The notes beneath the pieces were generated by a model, which saw only the letters and a list, made by a program, of their open reading frames with translations, was not told the origin of the DNA and searched no databases. A stretch of DNA of 64,000 bases from Thermoanaerobaculaceae bacterium (lineage in GTDB: Bacteria; Acidobacteriota; Thermoanaerobaculia; Multivoradales; UBA5704), in assembly GCA_963712665.1 (NCBI GenBank), contig CAVQIV010000005.1:142356-206355 (forward strand). Reading direction: 5' to 3'. The position numbers and the translations under genes are program-made. Positions 35,558 through 42,872 of this stretch are shown here, piece after piece (positions within the stretch are counted from its first letter, which is position 1; the number at the start of each line of letters is the position of its first letter).

Positions 35558-37023
35558 TCCAGTCGATCCAGTCCATTCCAATCGGTGAGCTTTCGCTCCT
35601 CGAAGGTCTGCGCGCGGTACCGCCCCGGGTCGCCCGCAGCCACCAGATCATCCCCCTGCGCTACGAGGGCGAGCGGTTGATCGTCGGCGCCGTCGCCGGG
35701 GTTGATTCACAGCGCAAGCGAACCTTCGACACGTTACGCCGCCTGGGCAACGCCGACGTCGAGCTCGTGCCCGTGCCGGCGGAGCGCTACCAGGAAGTCC
35801 TCAGGAAATGGTACGGCCCCACCGGGGACGTGGCCGAGCTCATTGCTGGGCTGCCTGGGCTGCCGCCGTCGACGGTCGAGGCCTCCTCCGGGCTCGGCGA
35901 GACGCCGGCGCCGCGCTTCCTGGAACTGACGCTCAAGGCGGCGATCGCCGAAGGCGCGAGCGACGTGCACATCGAGCCCGACCTCCAGTCTCCCCGGGTG
36001 CGCTTCCGGGTCGACGGCATCCTCGCCGAGCGGGTCGCTCCACCTCCGTGGCTGGTGGGCCGGGTGATCGGCCGGGTCAAGGCTCTGGCCGGCCTCGCCC
36101 TCGGCGAGTGTCTCTTCCCCCAGGACGGCGTGTTCGATTTTCCGGTCCAGACGCCGACCGCGACCGGGCCGGTGGCGGTCCGCGTCTCGATCCTGCCCAC
36201 CGCCCGGGGCGAGTGCGCCGTCCTGCGCCTGCTGACGGTCGAGGACGACGTCCCCTCCCTTCACGACCTGGGCCTGCCGGAGGAGATGGCGCAGAGGCTC
36301 GTCGCGGCGGCCTCGGCGCCCGAGGGCCTCATCGTCTTCGCCGGGCCGACGGGGAGCGGCAAGACGACCACCCTCCACGCCCTCCTCCACACGGTCGACG
36401 CCGACCGGCGCAACGTCGTCTCGATCGAGGACCCGGTCGAGATCCGTTCGCGGCGGTTGCGCCAGGTGCCGGTGCGCCGCGATCTCGGGCTGGATTTCGC
36501 CGGCGCTCTGCGCTACGTCCTGCGTCAGGACCCGGACGTCCTCCTGGTGGGGGAGACGCGCGACGCCGAGACGGCCCAACTGGTCGTGCAGGCGGCGCTC
36601 GCCGGGCATCTGGTGCTGACCACGGTCCACGCCGCGAGCGCGCTCGAGGCCTTCGACCGCTTCACCCAATTGGGCGCCGACCGGGCGCTACTGGCGCAGG
36701 TCACCCGTCTCGCCGTGTCCCAGCGGCTCCTGCGCCGGGTGTGCCCGTATTGTGGCGGAGACGGCTGCTTCGCCTGCGAGGGCAGCGGGCTCAAAGGTCG
36801 CACCGGCCTTTACGAGGCGGTGACGATGAGCCCCGCCCTCGCCTCTCTGGTGCGGCAGGGGGCGGAGCCCGGCGAGCTGCGGCGGGCGGCGCGGGACCAC
36901 GGCTTCCGCTCGCTTCTCGACGCCGCCCGCGACCTCGTGCGCCGGGGCGTGACGACGGCCGCTGAGACCGCCCGGGTGCTCGACGTCGAGGGTCTTCAGG
37001 GTCTCGAAGGAGGTGCTCGGTGA
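35554..37023 (+). CDS. GspE/PilB-family secretion ATPase
   Basis: T2SSE N-domain (IIPLRYEGERLIVGAV), Walker A GPTGSGKTT, Asp/His boxes (DPVEI..., LRQDPDVLLVGETRD, GHLVLTTVHA) and a tetra-Cys cluster CPYCGGDGCFACEGSG. The ATG at 35554 is preferred over the track TTG at 35533 because of the ATGA coupling and the upstream ggaagaggtgagg. Confidence 0.9.
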   Translation: MIQSIQSIPIGELSLLEGLRAVPPRVARSHQIIPLRYEGERLIVGAVAGVDSQRKRTFDTLRRLGNADVELVPVPAERYQEVLRKWYGPTGDVAELIAGLPGLPPSTVEASSGLGETPAPRFLELTLKAAIAEGASDVHIEPDLQSPRVRFRVDGILAERVAPPPWLVGRVIGRVKALAGLALGECLFPQDGVFDFPVQTPTATGPVAVRVSILPTARGECAVLRLLTVEDDVPSLHDLGLPEEMAQRLVAAASAPEGLIVFAGPTGSGKTTTLHALLHTVDADRRNVVSIEDPVEIRSRRLRQVPVRRDLGLDFAGALRYVLRQDPDVLLVGETRDAETAQLVVQAALAGHLVLTTVHAASALEAFDRFTQLGADRALLAQVTRLAVSQRLLRRVCPYCGGDGCFACEGSGLKGRTGLYEAVTMSPALASLVRQGAEPGELRRAARDHGFRSLLDAARDLVRRGVTTAAETARVLDVEGLQGLEGGAR

Positions 37024-38147
37024 GAGCCGCGAAGAAACGCTCTGCCGCTATCGTCGCCCTCGACCTGAGCCGCGCCGGGCAGGTGGCCGCGGTGGCCGTC
37101 AACGGCCGGGGAGCGCTCGCCGCGTGGGCCGTCGTTGCCGAAGGCGAGGGTCCCGTGGCGCTGGCCCGGCAGGCCCTGCGCGAGCTTGAGGTGCGGCCGC
37201 AGGAAGTGCGCGTCCTTCTCGGCACGGGGACGGGCGCGGAGGACGAACCGCAGGTCGCGATCCTCGACCATCCAGGAACGCCGGGCGAGGGAGAGATCCT
37301 GGCGGCGCTCTTCGCGGACGGCTACCCGCGCCTCACCGAGCCGTCGGTCGCGGCTCTCGCCACCGCCCCGGGAGCCTGGCTGGTGGCGGCCTGCGGCGCC
37401 TCCACGATCGAGCCACTCGCCGCGGGCCTGCTTCAAGAGAGCGGGACGGAGCCGGCCTTCGTCGTCGATCAGCTCCTCTCCGGGGAAGGCCTGATTGAGC
37501 CTGGCCCGGTATTGCCCGCAATATTGCCCGCAGCAGTGCCCGCGGCATGCGCGCTCGCCTGGCGGTTGGCGATGAGCCCCATCGTGACGCGCCTCGCGAG
37601 CCCGCGGAGCGAGCGGCGGCGGGCAAGCCTCGCCTGGGCTCGCAGGGTCACCCAGGCCGCGCTGATCCTCGCGGTGCTCGGCGTCCTGGCGATGGCGGCC
37701 GGGTTGATGTTGGCGGGGGCGAGCCGGGCGAGGAACCGGGCGCTCGCCTCCCAGATGGCCGGGGACGTGCGGCTGGTCAGGGAGCTGCGGGAGCTCGCGG
37801 CGATGGCCGATGAGGCGAAGCGATTGCGGACCGATCTCGCCGGCCGCACGCCGCCCTGGCCGCGCGTGGCAGAGGCGATCGCCACCCTGGCGCGGATGGC
37901 CCCGCTGGAGACCGGTTGGGAGAAGCTCCAGATCAAAGAGGGCGCCCTGGAGCTCGAGGCCGCGGCCATTGGCGCGGTGGGCGCGGCGCCCGAGGCGCGG
38001 CTCGCGCTCATGCGCCAGGCCCTGGAGCGCTCGCCCGGGCTCACCAACCTCTCGTGGGGGACGCCGGCCGGAGACCCCCACAGCCCGCGCCTGCACCAGG
38101 TCTTCCGGGCGGCGGTGAGCGAAGCACCGGCCGCGGGGGTACCGTGA
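37020..38147 (+). CDS. GspL / PilM-PilN-like assembly protein (cytoplasmic actin-like domain, one TM, periplasmic domain)
   Basis: The N-terminus AAIVALDLSRAGQVAAVAV resembles the PilM/GspL start. A central TM is present (AALILAVLGVLAMAAGLMLAG) with a periplasmic tail. The GTG start overlaps the ATPase stop (GTGA). Assignment is by architecture and context only. Confidence 0.55.
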   Translation: MRAAKKRSAAIVALDLSRAGQVAAVAVNGRGALAAWAVVAEGEGPVALARQALRELEVRPQEVRVLLGTGTGAEDEPQVAILDHPGTPGEGEILAALFADGYPRLTEPSVAALATAPGAWLVAACGASTIEPLAAGLLQESGTEPAFVVDQLLSGEGLIEPGPVLPAILPAAVPAACALAWRLAMSPIVTRLASPRSERRRASLAWARRVTQAALILAVLGVLAMAAGLMLAGASRARNRALASQMAGDVRLVRELRELAAMADEAKRLRTDLAGRTPPWPRVAEAIATLARMAPLETGWEKLQIKEGALELEAAAIGAVGAAPEARLALMRQALERSPGLTNLSWGTPAGDPHSPRLHQVFRAAVSEAPAAGVP

Positions 38148-39169
38148 GCACCGCCTGGCGCTACACCGCGATGCTGCTGGCGGGAGCCGTCCTGCTGCTG
38201 GGGACCGGCCTCTACACCATGCACAAGGCCCTTTCGGGACGCCGCGACCCGCGCGAGCTGCTGGAAACCCGGAGGATCCTCGAGCAGATGGGAGGCGAGG
38301 CCGGGCTCGCCGCGCGCAAGGCGCGGCTTGCGGAGATCGTCGCGCGGCTCCGCCAGGAGCAGGTGGCCCACGTCGCCGATGCCGACGCCTTCAGCCGGCG
38401 CATCGAGGAGACCTTCGCCGAGCTCGGCCTGCAACTGACCGCGTCGAGCGATTGGAAGCCCGTGCCCAAATTCAAGCTCCCTGGGGCCGCGGCCTTCGAG
38501 CGGACCTTCGCGGGCATCGGACCTTTCGACCGGCTGCTCGACGCCCTGGCGACCCTCGAGAGCTGGCCGGATGCGGCCCGGGTACGGTCGTTGTCCGTCT
38601 CCCGGCAGGGGCCGGGAAAGATCGCCTTCACCCTGGAGGTCACCGTCATCCGGTCCATGGGAACAAGGAGGGCCGCTGACATGTCCGCCGGAAGAATCGC
38701 GCTCATCGCCGCCGGCCTCCTGATCGCCGTCTGCGGGCTCGTCCTGATCGTGCGGGCCTTCCATGTCGCGGATGCCGCTGCGGCAGACTCCGCTCCGGCC
38801 CCGGCGTCCAACGACGCCATGAGAGGACGGGGCCAGGAGCCGCCGCCTCCCAGGTGGCAGAGCTTCCTGCGGCCGGACGAGCAGGCAAGACCGCCGCGCC
38901 CGGTCGTCCATCTCGCCCGGACAGCCCCCAACCCCTTCGATCGCCTCGCCACGGTCGGCGGGGCCAGGGCTGCGAAGCCGGAGAATCCGGGCTTGAGGCT
39001 CGAAGGAATCTCCGCTGGCGCAGAGGCCGTGGCGCTGATCTCGGGGCACGCGGTGCGCGAGGGAGGCACAATCTCGGGCTTCCGGGTCTTGCGCATCGGC
39101 CGCTCGGCGGTGACGCTCGCCGGCCCGCGGGGAAACCATCTCGATCTCGCCCTGGGAGCCGGCCGGTGA
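38144..39169 (+). CDS. GspM/PilO-like plus GspC/PilP-like protein (apparently fused, two TM segments)
   Basis: The first half has a TM (YTAMLLAGAVLLLGTGLY), a coiled coil and a ferredoxin-like end (KIAFTLEVTVI). The second half has a TM (IALIAAGLLIAVCGLVLIV), a Pro-rich linker and LRLEGISAGAEAVALISGHAVREGGTISGFRVLRIGRSAVTLAG (GspC-HR/PilP-like). No stop separates the halves. The GTG start overlaps the previous stop. Confidence 0.5.
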   Translation: MSTAWRYTAMLLAGAVLLLGTGLYTMHKALSGRRDPRELLETRRILEQMGGEAGLAARKARLAEIVARLRQEQVAHVADADAFSRRIEETFAELGLQLTASSDWKPVPKFKLPGAAAFERTFAGIGPFDRLLDALATLESWPDAARVRSLSVSRQGPGKIAFTLEVTVIRSMGTRRAADMSAGRIALIAAGLLIAVCGLVLIVRAFHVADAAAADSAPAPASNDAMRGRGQEPPPPRWQSFLRPDEQARPPRPVVHLARTAPNPFDRLATVGGARAAKPENPGLRLEGISAGAEAVALISGHAVREGGTISGFRVLRIGRSAVTLAGPRGNHLDLALGAGR

Positions 39170-40266
39170 GCCGCTCCCTGCCAGCGCGGCTTCCCGCGAC
39201 GGCGGTCAACGCCCTGGCGGACCTCGTGGCGGTGGGCTTCGGGGTGGCCGAGGCACTCGCGGCGCTGCCCCGCCAGTCGTTGCCGAAGAGGACGGCGCGG
39301 CAGCTAGACGCCGAGCTTTCTCTCCTCGCCGAGGGGGCTCCGCTCGACGCCGCCCTCGACCGGCTCGGGCTCGAGATCACCGCCGCTTCCATCCGCGGCT
39401 CCCAGGCGCGGGCCGCGGACATCGAGGCAGCCCTCCGTGCCGACGCCGAGGCGCAGGAGGCGACGGACGGTGCGCTGAAAAAGACGCGGCGCCGGATCGA
39501 GGCCCTGGCCCTCGTCCTCGCCGGCCTCTGTGTGTCGACCTTCTACCTGTCCTTCATCCTGGTGCCGGGCCTGATCCGCAAGAGTACGGAGAACCTGCCG
39601 CCGGGCTGGCAGGTACCGCCCGCCCTGCGCCAGTTCGAGAGCTTCCGCAACCTGTGGCTGGCGCTGGGTGGGTCGTTCCTGCTCCTGGGGGTGGCGCTGG
39701 TGGCCGCCGTCGCCGGGTTCCTCGGCCGGGAGCGCTGGTTGGCGTTCCTTCAGGACCTTCGGCTGTATCTGCCGTTCCTGCGCGCCCATGCCATTCACGC
39801 GAGCCGGGCGCGGCTCCTCGACGCGCTGGCCTTCGAGGCTGCGGCGGGCCTGCCGGCGAACGAAACCCTGCGCCGCGTCGGCCGGCGGGAGCCGGTACCC
39901 CGGCTGGCGGCGGCGCTGGCGCTGGGCGCCTCCCGCCTGGACGCCGGCGAGCCCTGGGCGAGCTGCCTCTGCGGCACCCTCCTCGACTCGCCGCTCTTAG
40001 CCGACCTGACCGCGCTCGCGGGCCACGGGGCGCGCCCCACGAAAGGCCTGCGGTGGGCCGCCGCCCAGAGCCGCGAGCAAGCGGTCAAGGGACTGCGCTG
40101 GGCGGTCACCGGCGTCGCATCGCTCCTGCTCATCCCCTCCTTCGCCTATCTCCTGGTCCTCATGCACGTGGCCTCCGTGACGGCGGCCATCGCCCAGGTG
40201 GAGTCGGTCCGGCTGGAGATGGAGACGTTGACGAACGAGGTGGACCAGATTCTTCAAAAGCCTTAG
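39166..40266 (+). CDS. divergent GspF/PilC-like inner-membrane platform protein
   Basis: 366 aa with two cytoplasmic helical repeats (LSLLAEGAPLDAALDRLG... and LAFEAAAGLPANETLRRVG...), each followed by TM helices, as in T2SSF proteins. The GTG start overlaps the previous stop (GTGA). Confidence 0.6.
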   Translation: MSRSLPARLPATAVNALADLVAVGFGVAEALAALPRQSLPKRTARQLDAELSLLAEGAPLDAALDRLGLEITAASIRGSQARAADIEAALRADAEAQEATDGALKKTRRRIEALALVLAGLCVSTFYLSFILVPGLIRKSTENLPPGWQVPPALRQFESFRNLWLALGGSFLLLGVALVAAVAGFLGRERWLAFLQDLRLYLPFLRAHAIHASRARLLDALAFEAAAGLPANETLRRVGRREPVPRLAAALALGASRLDAGEPWASCLCGTLLDSPLLADLTALAGHGARPTKGLRWAAAQSREQAVKGLRWAVTGVASLLLIPSFAYLLVLMHVASVTAAIAQVESVRLEMETLTNEVDQILQKP

Positions 40267-42244
40267 AAAGCCATCTCCTCCACCCGCCGCAGCACCTCCG
40301 CGAAGGATACATGGGCGAAGACGCCGAAGAGGGGGTGGGATTTGAGCTTGCTGCGGGTCTGGCGCGGGGAGGGGAGGCCGGTGAGGAAGCGGGTGAGGGC
40401 TCGGGGGTTGGAGAGGTCCGGGATCTCCTGACGCAGGGTCACGGCCCGGCGCAGGCTCACTTCGTCGAGATGGACGGGGGTGGGTGGGAAGAACTTCTCG
40501 GGCTTGCCTCCGTTCTCGCACCAGGTGCAGTGGCCGCAGGGGTGGGGGAGGTTCTCTCCGAAGTGCGCGGCCAGGAAGGCGGTCTGGCAGCCGTCTTGGG
40601 TGGCGAGGGTCAGGACCTGATCGAGACGGGCGATCTCTCGGCTTTCTCGTTCGAGAGTGCGTTGGTGGAGGGATTGGGCCATGTCCTCGAGGTCGGTGGG
40701 GCGGCGGAGCCAGCGGTAGGGGTGGCGCAGGCCGGCGGCTCGGACTTCCAGGAGGCTTTGCTCGGCGAGGTAGTCGAGGGCCCGGATCAGACGATCGCGG
40801 GGTGCTCCCAGGGCTTGGGCTGCGGTTTCGAGGTCGAGGTGGGACCAGATCTTGGCTTTCCTTGCCTGCTCGAAGACACCGCGCAGGAAGTCCCGCCTTT
40901 CTCCCTGGAAGCGGCTCAGGATCTCTTCGAAGGGGACGAGCGGCCGGAGCTCGTATTCGGCGTAGATCGGGGTGCCGGCTTCCAGGTAGCCTGCGAGCTC
41001 CAGGTAGGTGAGGAGGGTCCGCACTACCAGCGGCCGGATGTCGTGCCGTCCGGAGAGATCGTAGAGGGAGAGCTCCATCTCGCCCGAACCGTTTGGGATG
41101 TCCGCGGATCTTGCGAGATCGGCGAGGAGGCTGCGCACGGATCCGAGGTCCGGCGTGTCGCCGTAGGCGAAGTTCTGGAGGGTCAGGAGGTCGTCGGTGC
41201 AGATCAGAAGCTCTCGCAGAGCGCGGCTTGCCCGTCGCGGCCGGCGCGGCCGATCTCCTGGGCCAGGTTCTCCAGGCTCTTGGGCAGGTTGTAGTGGATC
41301 ACCTTGCGGATGTCCGCCTTGTCGATCCCCATGCCGAAGGCGATGGTGGCCACGACCACGGCTTCCGTCGAGCCCAGGAACCAGTCCTGCACCCGAGTCC
41401 GCTCCGCGTCCTCCAGGCCGGCGTGGTAGGGGAGGGCTGGAACTCCCGCGCGCATGAGGGCGGCTGCCACGTCCTCGGCGGTCTTCTGCAGGGTGACGTA
41501 GACGATGGCCGGCCCGGAGATCTCCCGGGAGGCAGCGGAGGAGAGCCGTTCGAGCAGGAGGGCGTCGCGGTCGGCGGCGAGGACGGGGGTGGTCCGCAGC
41601 GTCAGGTTCTTGCGGTGGAAGCCGGTGCGGACGGCGCAGTCCGGAGCGATGTCGAAGCCGCGGCAGATGTCGGCGAGCACCTGGGGCGTGGCGGTCGCGG
41701 TGAGGGCCAGGGTGCGCTCGGCACGGCAGAGCTTGCCGAAGCCGGCCAGCTTCAGGTAGTCGGGGCGGAAGTTGTGCCCCCATTCGGAGACGCAGTGCGC
41801 CTCGTCCACCGCGAAGAGCGACACCCGGATGCGGGAGATCGCCTCCCGGAAGCGTTCGTTGGTGAAGCGCTCAGGGGCGACGTAGAGGAGGCGGAGGGTG
41901 CCCTTGCGGACGGAGTCCATGAGGATGCGGACCTCGTCGGCCGTGAGGGTCGAGTCGAGGCGGCCGGCGGCCACTCCGAGGCGGGTGAGCTGGTCGATCT
42001 GGTCCTTCATCAGGGCGATCAGGGGCGAGACCACCAGGGTGAGGCCCGGCAGCAGGAGGGCCGGGATCTGGTAGCAGAGGGACTTGCCGCCGCCGGTGGG
42101 GAAGACGGCCGCGGCGGATCGTCCGGCCAGGAGGTGCCGGATCACCTCTTCCTGTCCGGGACGGAAGTCCCGGTAGCCGAAGGTCTCCCGGAGGGCGGCG
42201 CGGGCCGCCTCCAGGTTCGCCGCGTCCTCAACCTTGGCGCTCAT
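40263..42244 (-). CDS. recQ: RecQ-family ATP-dependent DNA helicase (one frame disruption near 41208-41217)
   Basis: FGYRDFRPGQEEVI, TGGGKSLCYQIPAL, DEAHCVSEWGHNFRPDY, TATAT and IAFGMGIDKADIRKVIHYNLPKS...EIGRAGRDGQAALCE continue in the next frame as LLICTDDLLTLQNFAYGDTP... to the C-terminus with the CGHCTWC zinc motif. Confidence 0.85.
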
Positions 42245-42543
42245 GCAGCCTGCGCCATGGGCAGGACCTCCCGGTCGATCATCGCCGCCAGGCGAAGCCG
42301 GGCTTCCTCCAGGTCGAAGTCCATCTGGAGGCCCAGCCAGAACTTTGCCGAGGTCCCAAAGTACCGGGCCAGGCGGAGCGCGGTGTCGGGCGTGATGGAC
42401 CGCTTGCCGAGGACGATCTCGTTCACCCGCCGCGGCGGTACCTTGGTTTCACGGGCCAGCTTGTTCTGGCTGATGCCGAGGGGCTTCAGGAACTCCTCCA
42501 GCAGGACCTCGCCAGGATGAATGTTCGGCAGTCTCTCAGCCAT
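42241..42543 (-). CDS. higA: HigA-family antitoxin (XRE HTH)
   Basis: IHPGEVLLEEFLKPLGISQNKLARETKVPPRRVNEIVLGKRSITPDTALRLARYFGTSAKFWLGLQ is the canonical HigA/VapI pattern. Its stop overlaps the recQ ATG (ATGA). Confidence 0.85.
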   Translation of the reverse strand: MAERLPNIHPGEVLLEEFLKPLGISQNKLARETKVPPRRVNEIVLGKRSITPDTALRLARYFGTSAKFWLGLQMDFDLEEARLRLAAMIDREVLPMAQAA

Positions 42544-42554
42544 GAGCTCACCTC

Positions 42555-42836
42555 TCAGTGGTAGTCCACGATCTCGACCTCATGCGCGTCGCCGTCCTGC
42601 CAGACGAAGCAGATTCGCCACTGGTCGTTCACCCGGATGCTGTGCTCGCCGGCCCGGTCTCCTCTCAACGCCTCCAGGCGATTGCCGGGAGGGACCCGCA
42701 GGTCGGAGAGGCTCTGGGAGTTGTTCAGCATCCTGAGCTTTCGGCGCGCGATCCCCTGCACATCGGAAGGCAGTCTCCGGACCACCTTTCCGTGCCAGAT
42801 CTCTACCGCCTCGCGGCCGCGGAAGGACCTGATCAC
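42555..42836 (-). CDS. higB: HigB-type toxin (RelE/ParE superfamily, plasmid-maintenance killer protein)
   Basis: VIRSFRGREAVEIWHGK...LRMLNNSQSLSDLRVPPGNRLEALRGDRAGEHSIRVNDQWRICFVWQDGDAHEVEIVDYH. A GTG start at 42836 is preferred over the track TTG at 42872, which lies inside the putative -35 box. Confidence 0.8.
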   Translation of the reverse strand: MIRSFRGREAVEIWHGKVVRRLPSDVQGIARRKLRMLNNSQSLSDLRVPPGNRLEALRGDRAGEHSIRVNDQWRICFVWQDGDAHEVEIVDYH

Positions 42837-42842
42837 GAGAGG

Positions 42843-42872
42843 AGTATAACGCGCGGCGTCATATGACGTCAA
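42843..42872 (-). promoter_or_regulatory. candidate higBA promoter with palindromic operator
   Basis: The minus strand reads TTGACG-18 nt-TATACT, ending 6 nt before the GTG (a near-leaderless arrangement). The perfect palindrome CGTCATATGACG (42857-42868) overlaps the -35/spacer, and GCGTCATA is repeated at 42873-42880. Confidence 0.45.

Noticed and set aside
40263-40266. Overlapping convergent stop codons of the GspF-like gene (TAG 40264-66) and recQ (TAA 40265-63) with no terminator between
   Set aside because: This is a real observation but of little consequence on its own. It is common in compact high-GC genomes.
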